Below are positions 1-12,247 of a stretch of DNA of 64,000 nt, in pieces (positions within the stretch are counted from its first letter, which is position 1; the number at the start of each line of letters is the position of its first letter). The position numbers and the translations under genes are program-made. The stretch is from Folioceros fuciformis. Lineage: Eukaryota. The notes under the pieces are model-generated. The model was given only the letters and a program-made list of their open reading frames with translations. It was not told the DNA's origin and ran no database searches. Where the stretch lies: the NCBI GenBank assembly GCA_049999805.1, contig JBNGIO010006371.1:469049-533048 (forward strand). The letters run 5' to 3'.

Positions 1-130
1 ATACTTCTGGGCAGGTATGGATGTCGATGTTGAAAGGGTGATAGCCAAGTGTGCGGTGTGTGATGTAGCAAAAGCAAGGCTCAATCATCAGATCCAGTAC
101 AGCATCTACTACCCATCGTGGAAGTACCTG
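1..130 (+). mobile_element. Degenerate Ty3/gypsy integrase zinc-binding fragment
   Basis: Frame 2 reads YFWAGMDVDVERVIAKCAVCDVAKAR, matching the YFWxxMxxDVxxxVxxCxxC integrase Zn-finger pattern; similarity is lost soon after. Confidence 0.6.
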
Positions 131-3100
131 AAGGTGAGTGGTTTTGCTTGGCTTGTCTCATTATGCAAAAGGAATAGCGTAGCTTTAACCGTTGGAGCTA
201 GAAAGCATTGTTGTCATAAATAGCTATGATATAAAGCAAGTAACAAATTAGGGCGACGTAATTATGTGAAGTAGGACATAACAACGTTGAAATAGATTGA
301 TTAAGTGCGAAACCTTAGATATGAAAGGCCACATGCGGCTTAGGATGCTGATTTGCAAGTCGTCAATGCTAGCGAAGGGAGGATACACAGTAGGGAGAAG
401 AAGAGGCATCAAGCACAACCAAGGGTGAAGGCGGGACTCGCCACAAAAACTCGAGGTATGATTGCATCAAGGAAGAAGGTTGATTGCAGGAACTGACCTC
501 GAAAAGGAGTTGGTTGAAGGCCTATAGTCTAGCTAGCTTTGGGGGTGGTGGCAGATATGTTGGAGATTGTGGGGGCCTATGCTGTCACGATGTGTGCATC
601 ACTTACATCACAAGTGTTAGATGGCAGAGACTACATGAGGTGAAGGATGGCATATGAATATGCCGACAAGGAAATGGCTGGTTGGTAACTTATGAGTCAA
701 TGATGTGTTCAAGGTGCATGAAGAGCAAGGTTGAAGCATGGCAAGCAGGAATAGTGAGGAAAGGGGCACAATTCATAAAGACAAGGAGCTGGAAGTCCTG
801 CCCCATAACAGGGGATATCGAGGGCACCGCTACTATTGTGGACAAGCTGATCCACCCCAAGCCGTCATATATGTGTAGGCCACAATTTGTGGATGTTGGC
901 AGGTAGAAAAAATGGACGCAAGTGTTTATTAGGAAGTATTTGCCTGAGAAACCCATGGCACCTACATATTATGCTCAATTAAGAAAATTTTTGCTGTTTG
1001 CTGAAGGTTACCACTTGCGGTGTCCTATTAAGTACTACCCCACTGATCATAGGGACTTGTTTAAGCTTCAGCATAAGGGATACAAGGGAGTGCCCTAGGT
1101 GTGGACCATATTCTGTGAAGGAGCATATAGAAAGATAGAGAATCATTTGTTTTTCCATCAATTGTTTGACACCACACCCTTGGAAGCCTTGGTGTTGTAT
1201 GAACCAACAAAGTTTCCAAGAAACATGCAAGCTTTTAGAGGATGGTTTGTTCACTTTCACCCATACAATATGGGCAAGCAAATGGTGATGGCTCTTCACA
1301 ATGCCTGAGGTCTTTCCTATGCAAGGCTCCTTTTCTTGTCCACTATGGAGGTGGCTATGTAATATACACCACCAAACATTGGGTACGTATGCACATCCAT
1401 GTCTCTATCTGGGTCTAATCATTAGACTTGAGGAAAATGATTTTTTTTTTTTTTTTTTTAGAATTCCAACTCCCCTGGTTGGGGGACTCGATTTTGTTTG
1501 CCACACGGCCCACACATCGAAGGGAAGGATAGGCACTCCTGCCATACACAAGGGTTTTATGAGGACTTGGAACTTTTGGAAGTATGGGCCCCCTACGTCC
1601 CGAATTTCCACAATAAAGTCTAGGACCCACTGGTAGTTCACAGAGGACAGACCCCAGACCCACCTGCACAATGCTCATGTATGCTGTACTTACTGGACGT
1701 ACTGAAGTTCATATTCAAACTAGGGCCATGGCACCTGGCACTTAGGCCAGAGCACATGCTGAAGGTAGCTTTCCCTGCAAGCAAAATCATCCTTGTCGCA
1801 CACCACGTGGTTGCATCGTCACCTCTTCCCAACGCAGACATCGCTTCTTCACACGACCAGCGTAGATGATGTTCAAGCAAGGGGTGCCGTGCCGTGTACG
1901 AGAAACCGTGTGACGGAGAGCTTCGTTAAGAACTGGCAGGACCGATAAGCTTCGCAGTATGTCTCCACCGAGGTCGATACCCGAGCCCGAGAGCCATTAC
2001 TCCTTACTCGTGCCGTTGGGATAGCCGAGATTTGGAGCCCGAGCATTCGAGTCTCGCACGCGTAAACCCTAACAATTGCATGGCTCCGGTTTCCGAACCC
2101 TAGCAGTGAGCTCTCTCCACATGCTGGCTGGGGACGGGAAGGAAAGAGGATGTGTCGTTGGATGTAGCCGCGCGCCTGACACACGACGGGGGGAAGGAGA
2201 GCATGGGGGCGGGCAGGTGTGTGGAGTGAGGGCTCCTCGGAACACCAGCATCGCACCGGCGCGCAGCGTTTGGCAAGGACGGATGGATGTCTCGTCCGTC
2301 CGACGGAGAGGTTTGAGCTCCGTGGTAGCGTGTGGCCCCGAGGCCTTACCCTCTGCCTCAGGATCAGCGATACCGTACACGATACCGGAGTTCATCTCCG
2401 GTCGCAAGGAATCGAAGCATAGCAGTTGCTAATCGACAAGAGAGAGCAGCTGCAGGAAATACCATCCCGACGTCGTCGTACCTTCGCCAGTGGATCCTGG
2501 AAGATGAGGTGCGACGCAGAATGATCTCCGCTGAGTCCTCTGCCATACAAAAATGGTTGAAATTGTGGTCACCTGATCCATTCTTCGCCGGGAAAGCGTT
2601 CTCAGGGCTCTGTCTATTGCGAGCGTCTGTCTGTGCGCCGTCGTTCGCGATTCCTCAGCGCACAAGACAGCGAATGTCATGCGCATCCGGCAGCGCTGAT
2701 CCAAAACTGTGTACGGTGAGGAAACCTCTCCCGCATGCACCCGAGCTCTCCAACCGCCTCGCTAACAACAACCAGATGTGACCAGGACTCTGTGCGAGAC
2801 CAAGCGTGTAGACTCCGGCGATCTGTCACTCACATTCGGCATACGTCCTGGCTGACATGCTCTCGAGCTATGAAAACCTCACGCGTGCCGCACAGATGGA
2901 ATTGTCTGACTCCGCGATCTCAGCTCCTCATTGGAGATGGAGAAAGAAACAATACTAAACACTTCCTGGCCACTCAAAACTGGGACTGAAACGGGCACGA
3001 ATAAAATACAAAATGGAAAAGTTGGGAAGCTTTATCGATTCTGCAATTAAAAACATGGATAAAAAGAGATGGTGCCAGAGCTGTACTCCGGCGTCTGCGT

Positions 3101-3766
3101 CATGGCCTGTCATGGCTGGCCTGCTTCCCAGGAGCCCGAAAACTGCCACGAGGCCCTTCCATCTTGGGAAGCAGCGGCCACTCTGATGTGTGCGGAAATT
3201 CACTTTCTCGAATTCCGGTTCGGCGGAAGGAGACGCAGAGGGTTCGGGGAAGCAGCATTGATCAGGAGAGAGTATGTTGCAGCGGCAGTGAGATGATTTG
3301 GAGAGGGGTTTTGGGCACATCCGTCCTTTCCGATGAAGCTTCGGGTGATCGTGGAGAGCCTGGGCGTGGCTGCCCGGGCCCAAAGGGACTTAGTCAGTGG
3401 AGTTGCATTTGCAGGCCGGTGGAACAGGCGGGGACAGCGGAACTTACTACTGGGAGCTTCACATCCGTGGCCTCCGCAGTGGAGATCCATCGCAGGCAGG
3501 CTCGCTGTTCAGCCGACTGTCGGCATTTGGTGCGCCCAGTGCGTGCGAATCGGGTCTAGCTGGTGCATGCGTGCGCATTGTGCTTCCTTTAGCGGGCGTG
3601 AACGCGCACAAAATGGTTGGCAATGGCGTTTTTTGAGCTGCAGCCGTGACACCTTGTACTCTATTTCCACTAGCCGAAGAGGTGTAGAGGAGCGCGGGAG
3701 AGAGGCGCTGGTTGTGGGGGGTGGTGTTGGAGCTGCAGCTGCAGTTTCTGGTGCGCATTCTTGATC

Positions 3767-6596
3767 ATGTCCAAGCGCTTTGGCCCCTCCGGGCACAGCC
3801 GGGTTTCGAGCGTGAGCGATGTGGATTCGGAGCAGAGCTCCATCTTGGCGGACCAAGAGCGGGGAGTGGAGAATTTCACTCGCCAGGGGAGCAGGACCGT
3901 GTTCAGCAGGAACAACAGTATGTCGGAGCAAGGGAGGCAGCCCCCTCTTGGTAGGGACGGCGGAGGGGCGCGGAGCAGCTTGAGGGAGGTGAGCGTGGAC
4001 GTTGTGCCGGTCGAGGAGGATTTGGAGGCCGGGGCGCCGAGTTGGGAGCCTGCACTGCCTCCCGTCAAGACTGCGGGGTCGGATAAGTTCTACGATTTGA
4101 CTGTTATCCATTTGACGTATCGGGTGAGTGCGAGTGAGGGAGTGAGCCGCATTGTGGTTGTTTGGGAAGTTGTGAGCTTCGTCTGATGTTTTCTCGGGTG
4201 GGTGTGATGGGAGCAGGTGTTTGAGATGAGGGGCAAGGAGAAGGTCGAGAAAATCCTGCTCAACGATGTGACTGCGTGTGCCAAACATGGCGAGATTTTG
4301 GCGATTTGCGGGCCTTCGGGATCATCTAAGACGACTTTCTTAGATGCATTGGCCGGAAGAATTCAGAGGCAGAGTTTAGAAGGGTCGTTGCTTGTCAACG
4401 GAAAACCATGGAGCTCCTCTTTTATGAAGAAATCGCAGTATGTTATGCAGGATGATGCCTTGTATCCGATGCTTACCACTAGAGAGACACTGCTGTTCAG
4501 CGCGAGATTCCGACTCCCGTCTACCCTTCCGCATGCTGAAAAGCTCTCCAGGGTGGAGACTACTTTGCAGCAGCTTGGTCTCACTGCTTGTGCCAATACC
4601 TATGTTGGAAACGACCTGGTAAGTGTTGCGCCCTAGGTTTGGACGTTGTTTGCCAGAAGTCTGTCGCCTGCTCCGTCTTGATCGTCGGCTGCAGTGTGTT
4701 AGCTCATCAGTTTCTATGTGATCTGCAGGTCAAAGGTGTGTCGGGGGGTGAAAAGAGGCGTATCTCGATTGGGGTTGAGCTGATTCATGACCCTGCTGTG
4801 CTATTTCTTGATGAGCCGACCTCAGGGTTAGATAGTACATCGGCTTTACATGTCATGGAAATTTTGTCTATGCTCGCTGTGGAAAGGAATCGCACGGTAG
4901 TATTGACCATTCATCAGCCCAGCTACCGACTTCTGGACCTTATAAACAGCATGCTTGTGCTTGCGAAAGGCAATGTCGTCTATCATGGTCGTTTCAAAGA
5001 TATGGCCAAGTACTTCAAGGACTTCGGCCGCAACCTTCCAGAACATGTGAGCTGTGGCTTTACCCTCCCCAGATGAATCCGTTTCTGCCTTCCCGTTAAC
5101 GACGTTACACTCTCTTACCACTCACGTTTTGTCGTGGTCGATCTCTCTTCTGTACAGGTCAATATTGTGGAATATGCTCTGGACACGGTGGAAGAGTTTC
5201 AGTCAGACCCAGAGGGTTTCCAGAAGCTTATTGCTCATCAGGTCAGTATATGTCATAGCAGAATTGTGGCACTTGTCTTCACTTGTTTCTTCTCCCGCCC
5301 CTTCCTCTCTGTCCCCCTCCCTACCCGCCCCTCAGGATTTCATATTGCCCCCATGTATTGGATACCTTAATGCCTTTGGAGACGTTAGTTGATGTTTCTA
5401 TTGTTCTGTCGCTACCGTGCTCTGTAGAAAGCGAAGCAAAAGGTAGACGAAGCGGAAGGCCTTGCAACTCTGACTAAGGATACAGACTCGACTCAAGAAC
5501 TCTACGGTTTTGGGAACAGCTTTTTCGCTGAAACTTGGATATTATCTGATCGGGCTGTGAAGACTGTCTTCAGGACGAAAGAGCTCTTCTTTTCTCGGGT
5601 TGGACTCATGGTACGATGCTCATCCTCACCGTCGTGCCTGTTTTCTGTGTTTCCATCAAGAGTGAGGACGGAGAGGGAAAGGCAAGTCAGGGGGGGAAGA
5701 GATTATTTAGGGAGTTAGGGAGAGCTGACAGTGTTGATGATGGCTAATGTCTACAGGTAGTAACTGGCCTACTTCTGGGGACTATTTTCCTAAACGTGGG
5801 CATCAGCGAGAAAGGATCTCGCCAGCGGCAAGCTTTTGTGGCATTTACTTTGGCTTTAATGATATTTACTTCAACGGAAGCGCTTCCAGTTTTTCTTGAG
5901 GAGCGGCAGATATTCATCAGAGAGGTCTCCCGTGGGGCATACCGGTCGTCTTCGTACACGTTGGCGCTGTCGGTCGTTTTCGTACCGTTCATGTTCTTCT
6001 TGGCTGCGCTGTACACCTGTATAGCTTATTTCATGGTCGACTTTGTGCACAACGTGAATGCTTTCTTCATTATGGTTCTCACGCTGTTCCTCACATTGGC
6101 CGTCGCCAATGCGTTCGTGGCAGTCATTGGTGCTCTGGTTCCTAATTTCCTGGTCGGTAATGCACTAGTGTCAGCTCTGTTTGCCTATTTTTTCCTCTTC
6201 TCTGGCTTCTTCGTTCCCAGGTACTTTATTTTCTCGTCTTGATTCCTTTCTTTTTCGTTGTGTGTTCTTTACCCTGATTGGCGAGTGAAATATGTTGATG
6301 ACACTCGTGGTATCGTTGCTGTTTCCCTCAGGAGTAGCATTCCAAAATACTGGATTTGGATGCATTACCTGTCCATCTTCAAATATCCTTACGAGATTCT
6401 TCTTTACAACGAATATACTAGAATACATGTGCCCTTCTGGTACGGCAATACTACCACGGGTGACATACTGAGGAGCGTGTCTGCTGGGAAGGTGCACATA
6501 TGGAACAACATCGCAATCATGATCGGTTTCTTCGTGGCATATCGTATCATTTTCTACCTCGCCTTGAGGTTCCTCACTAAGAACGTGAGGAAGTAA
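3767..6596 (+). CDS. Half-size ABC transporter, ABCG/WBC family (NBD-TMD), 7 exons
   Basis: GT-AG exons 3767-4123, 4217-4618, 4729-5046, 5158-5241, 5428-5610, 5757-6220, 6332-6596 join in frame. Walker A GPSGSSKTT, Q-loop YVMQDD, signature VSGGEKRR, Walker B LFLDEPTSGLD, H-loop TIHQP, TMD with IPKYWIWMHYLS. Confidence 0.93.
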
Positions 6597-7015
6597 CTGC
6601 CAAAACTTGCACGGAGCCAACATCAGCTTCCCGGGGCTATTAATTACAGTAATTATACTAAAGCAGGTCCACAGAACGAGATTTGATAATGTAACATACG
6701 GGTGATCTCTAGGCTACCATATTTGTTATTGAGTTGGACCTGAAAAGTGGACAAAGTATATCAGCGGTTCCATATCTATGTCATAGGGTTCAAGTTTTGG
6801 TCTAAAGCACAATCGGAACTTTTACGAGTGATGCAGGCAGTCTTCCAGATGACTTGCCAACCAAATCTCTATGACCATTCATCCATCCACATCAAGATCT
6901 GTCCAGATTGGAGCCAGCGACGCTGAAATTTTCAGTGAGATTGGTACGAACTCAAAGATAAAAGATATTAAATAGCTTTGTTTAATTTTAAGACAAAAGT
7001 TGCAGGTGGACATAA

Positions 7016-8839
7016 TCAGTGGTAACACTCTTCTAAAAGCTTGGAGCTGGGTCTCCGCGTGCTGCGCACGGGATTACGTTTCCTCCCTCCGGTGTCCTCG
7101 ATGTCTACTCGCTGCCTGGGCGGATCCGGGCACGTCTTATAGCTGCCTAATTCCCAGTTTCGAGCGGAGCCACACTCACAATCCGGCTCATGGGGCGAGT
7201 AGAGCAATATCAACCTACGCATGAGCCTTTGTGCGAGAGCAGGAGCCCTCGATACCCCGTCACATAACGTACAGGTGCAGTCACCTGAAGCACGAGGCAA
7301 TTCAGCGTTCCCGTGAATTGGTTGGCCACCTCTGCTACTGCGCTCGACGGGATGAGGAGGGTCAAACTCCATCCCGTCAAGCGGCCTCGCGCGATTCAGC
7401 CCCGAAGTCTCTGCCTCCCAACGATTCCTCTCAGCCGCTTGGCCTGCGCCGCCATCATTCCGCGCCGGAACGTCGCCTGCCGGTGCCTCGAAATCCTGGC
7501 ACGGAACATTCTCTTCACCAGCACCAGCCTGGGAACAGTCGTTGCATTGACTGAAGGACCCGTTCCCGTGCACCACAAACCGAGGCCCCGGTGCCTTCAA
7601 GTTTCTTCGTATCAAACTGTCAGCAACCACCTTGAGCTCGAAGTCGTCAGCAATGGTCCCCGTGCGAAAGGCATCCAAGACTCCCAGAAATGCGTGGTAG
7701 CCTGTCCTCTGCAACACTGTCTCCGCTTCCGCGAGGAACTTTACGGCATTCTCCTTCCACGATGGACGTGTGTTTGCAACAATCGCCGTCACAATCTCTG
7801 GCTCCATCCGTCTAACATGTGCACTCGATCCAGCCACCCTTGCGCCGAAAAAAGGACAACCAGGACACAAACAGCGCGGAGCGCTGCGCTTCAGCTCCGT
7901 CAGATTCGAGCAGGAGGATGGAGCGACTGTGGAATCCGATGAAGTCGGACGTGCGTCTACGTCCGAGCCTTCGGAGGCACCCGCGGGCTGGAGACGACCT
8001 GGCGCGCAGAATTGGTCCGGACCAGATTCTTGAGTCTGCTCTCACGTATACTAGTATTAGCCTCCTCTCGAGAAGCAAACAAGCAAACAGGAGGCAAGAG
8101 AGCACTGGAAAGCAGCCTGCAACCTAATCTGTGGAGTTATAGAAATGCAAGAGTTACTCGAATCCGTCCGGACAGAAGTAGTGGCACAAGAGGCACAAGG
8201 GTACGAGTCATGCTCTTCGAAACAGAAGCCCTCTAATTCGATGCTATATATATATGTACTACTACGCACATATATGTCTAGACAGGATTAAAGAAGTTCC
8301 AATGCAGGAGATCGAGATGAAGACGACGTCGCAAAAAACATGGAGGCACTTGTACCACTGCTAGAGGAGAGCTAGCTAGCATTGGAAGGAAGGAAGGCAG
8401 GAAGAGGCATGAAAGAAGGCAACACGGACGTACTTAAATCCATCCATTTGTCAGAATGACAGAAACATTCGGCAATGGCAGTACTAGTGGTAGTACTTAC
8501 CGAACGAGACGAGAAGAAGTGGAGCAGCATTTGATGGAGGGAGTCATGCTTGAGCCGGGAGCATGAGCCCTGCTCCGTGACGAGCTTGAAAGCTTCGGCA
8601 ATGGCCTGCTCCCGGGACTTGACTCCCCGCTCGAAATCAAGAAAAACGGCCGTGAATTTGTCGAATGTAGCATCGGAGCCGCACGCTCGCTTGATAGCCA
8701 TGAAGCAGCTAGGGTCCGGGTACTGGTTGTCCACCACACCAAGATCCACGTGCAGCTGGATGCCGGAGAGATTGCTAGCGAATAGCAGGTCCAGGGCCTC
8801 GGGCCGGGGCCCTGCAGGGTTTGCAGCGGAACGCTCCAT
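7016..8839 (-). CDS. Hypothetical two-exon protein (~450 aa) with two PAH/harmonin-homology-like helical segments
   Basis: Exon 8839-8501 ends at a phase-0 GTAAGT donor. Exon 8035-7016 begins after CAG with an upstream GCTAAT branch-like motif and is open in the matching frame. The start codon is uncertain and the domain call is by pattern only. Confidence 0.5.
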
Positions 8840-9562
8840 GTGATCTGGCAACAGCACGGCGGAGCAAAATGTGCCTGCTACAATGTTCTACGACGGGCCT
8901 CCCGGCCTCACCAGACTCCCAGCTGCCTCATCTCCCTCGCTGCATCCCAGAAAGCCATACCCCATCCGCTCCCGATGCGAGGCCGGTGCGCCCGGCCCAC
9001 CCTCGGATCCACCACACACCTCTGCTGCGACGCTGGAGCTCCAAGAATCCGCCTGCGGCAGCAACCACCTGACCTGCGAGCGAGAGAGAGCTAGCCTTCT
9101 TTCAGGAGAGAGACGGCCCGGGCCAAAAGTGGATTGGCAGGGGCGGGAAAGAGAAACAGCAAACCGCATTGCGGACACTGAGCGTGCCCATATCTTCACT
9201 CCACTCCCATAAATACCAGCCACTCTGGACACAATCCATCTCTCAAACCCTAGTCAGTCAAGCAACGCCCCGTAGCTTCATCCGGCTCCTCTCGTCTCTC
9301 CAAAACGGGACGCTTTGTATTCCAGAACGTCATAAGCTTTCCTCCCATTTCTCCCTTCCCACGCTTTGGTCACCGCAAGGAATGCTAACGTACCGTCCAT
9401 CTCACCAACCGTGCATTTCTTATTGTTTATCAATAAGTATAAATTAATTTATTTTTAGCTTAACAACCACATAAATTCAACATGAATATTTTCGTGTTTA
9501 TTCATTTTATAAAATCACAGAACATAATACAATGAAATAACCTTTCAAGAGTTTGCTGTAGA

Positions 9563-10650
9563 ACACAAAGTGAGTTGTGTGGTTCTTGAGCAGTAGCCTA
9601 GACACAAGATTGATGAATTCATCTATAAGAAAGAGCTCAAGCGTTGTGTTAAGAATGGAGAGGAACTCTATATTTATTAGTGTTGCAAGGACTAGAAGAT
9701 GGTCTTGAGATGGAGTCTCAAGAGCAACCAAAGATTCCAAAGGAGATACAGGTTGTCTTAAATGAGTTTAAAGACTTGATGCCTAATGAGTTACCTCCTT
9801 TACCTCATAGGAGAGTTGTAGATCATGAGATTGATATGAAGCCAGGAAGTGTACCACCTTCAAGAGCGCCATACAGATTGTCGCTAGACGAGTTCCTCTC
9901 ATGTTCATGCAATTTTCTTCATTTATAAGCCAACGACTTACCTTCTTGCATAAGCACTCCTCCAAAAGCTGTATTTGACGCATCAGTGTACTGACGCATC
10001 AGTGTACACTTTAATATCTTTCTTTGGATCATAAATTGCTAATACTGGGAAAGTGCTGAGTTCTTCGCCTTCTTCAAGAGATCAGTTAATGGGGCAATAC
10101 AAATCTTCTGCACACACCAGCCAATCCCAACAACATAAGCACTTCATGTACATTGCTTGGCGGCAACCAACTCTATATGGCTTTTACCATATCAGGATCC
10201 ATCCTAATTCCAAACTATGATCCAAGAAAGTCTATCTCTTCCTTATAACTAAAAACCAAAGAATTTGCTCTTAACCTTTCCAACACTTTCCTCAATAGAC
10301 ATTTATCTCTTCAACTCTTGAAGCTCATTTAGCAACAATCTGTATGGCGCTCTAGAAGATGATACACTTCCTGGCTTCATATTAATCTCATAATCTACAA
10401 CTCTTCTCTAAGGTAAAGGAGGTAACTTAGTAAACATCAAGTCTTTAAACTTGTTTAAGACAACCTGTATCTCCTTTAGAATCTTTGGTTGCTTTTGAGA
10501 CTCCATCTCAAGACCATCTTTTAGTCCTTGCAACACTAATAAATAGAGTTCGTCTCCATTCTTAACACAACGCTTGAGCTCTTTCTTAGAGATGACTTCA
10601 TCAATCTTGTGTCCAAGCTGCTACTCAAGAACTGCACAACTCACTTTGTG
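9563..10650. repeat. ~330-bp inverted repeat of gypsy protease-RT linker (9563-9892 vs 10323-10650)
   Basis: For example 9601 GACACAAGATTGATGAA..AAGAGCTCAAGCGTTGTGTTAAGAATGGAG is the near reverse complement of 10555-10613; identity runs to GAGCGCCATACAGATTG. Confidence 0.9.
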
Positions 10651-12235
10651 CTTTTCATCTCCTAAGATCTGTATGGTACATGTCTGCACATACCTTATTG
10701 GCCTTCATCCATTCTAAGCCCAAGATGATTTCATGATCATCTATATCTACAATTGTGAAGCTTGCTTCTCCTATCCAATTGCCTATCTGCAAAGGGACTT
10801 TTTTCAGCTGTCCTAAGAACTATAGCTTTCCTTTTGCTTGTTTCTCTACACATGGCTCTGAAGTGCTAGCCCATGTCAACCCAAGCTTACTTGTTCTACC
10901 AAGAGAAATGAAATTATGTGTTGCTGCTAGATCAAGCAACATCTTCGGTTCTTCACGATTCACACATCCTTCTATATACATGAGCTCTCCACCCGCCCTG
11001 TGAATAATGCTGTCCTCAGCATCTTGAGACTCACCACATGTAGCTTGTGCAACATGTGGCCAATCCCGTCACTTGGGATTGTCAGATCCAGATACTTTTG
11101 TAATCCTGAGTCTTTGGGACTGTGGGTTGTCTTCAACAACATTTAAAGTTTGTTGAGCATTGGGGCATTCATTCACATAATGTCCCGGCTCTCCACAAGA
11201 AAACAAATTGCTTTCTGAGAACCCGTTGTCACTGTTCTCTGAGTGCAGCGCCCCTTGCGCACTCCTCGATTTCTTCCACAGAAGCTCCTACTGGAGTTGC
11301 CTCTTGCAATTGTACTTCCTTCATTATCCTTGGGAGTTCCTCTACCAGTATTATTGGAAGAAACTCTAGTATGCATATACCATCTACAGGTATTACCTCA
11401 AAATCTTCGTGAGGAGTTGGACGTGGTAGAATGAAAGGTAGCTGGGATAGCATCTGCTGTTGTTATGGCCTCTGCCAAGGTCATTGGACTATACAACTCA
11501 ATTCTATTAGCAGCCCAGTCCTTCAAACCAACCATGAAGCAACGTAGTTTGTCAATCTCACTCATCGAAGTACACTGCATAACAGCTTCATTGAAGGCAC
11601 TTACATATTCCCGTACAATACCTGTCTGCTTTATATTATCAAGCAGCTGCCGGCTCAAACGTGAAGCATTCGCAGGTTGGAACTGCTTCTTCAAGGCCTC
11701 TTTAAAAGATGCTCAATCTGTGATGGTATGTGCTCGATTACCCTGGGCTACATTAGCAGGATAACTTCACGACTACACCAATGCATACCCTTTTAGAAAG
11801 TTGCCCACAGTACCTAAGTAATGCTTAGGCTCAAGGGTAGATGAAGCAAGATAGCTTTCAACAAAGTAAATCCAGGAATCAATAGCTTGTAGATCCCTTA
11901 CTCCCTCATACTTATCTGACATGGCCAACTTCGAATTTGTCTAGGGTTTGAAGATATGAAAAGGATCTTGATTGTCTTCCGCTTTGTCATTCCGTAGAGC
12001 TATAGGTTGTGGATTGTTCCTTGCCTTTTTCCCAGATGCTGTCGAATCTTGGAGAACTTTAGGCAATACTTCAGGAAGAATTTGTCGTAAAGCGACCATC
12101 ATCCGGATGGTCCTACTAAGTCGATAGGCGGCATCTCCTTGCCTTGATTCTCTTCAAGTTGTTGAGGTGGGGATCAGAAGAAACCTCCCATATCTGCATC
12201 CTCTGGCACTTAGCCATCTTGGAGGAATACACTAT

Positions 12236-12247
12236 GCTCGGATACCA
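12236..12247 (-). promoter_or_regulatory. Primer-binding site (tRNA-iMet type) of the gypsy element
   Basis: TGGTATCCGAGC on the minus strand, one mismatch to the canonical TGGTATCAGAGC, upstream of gag. Confidence 0.75.

Noticed and set aside
980-1880. Minus-strand stretch with splice-like signals and short coding-like pieces
   Set aside because: In-frame stop and no recognisable family; possibly a decayed gene or transposase but not supportable.
1900-3700. Many overlapping 60-150 aa ORFs (similarly 27000-28800, 33000-35000, 46500-48200)
   Set aside because: No motifs or consistent exon structure; expected by chance in GC-rich intergenic or UTR DNA.
3767-6596. Calling the ABCG STR/STR2 (mycorrhizal lipid exporter)
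   Set aside because: The NBD resembles that clade (FLDALAGRI) but the TMD (STEALPVFLEER) resembles other half-size ABCGs; a phylogeny is needed.
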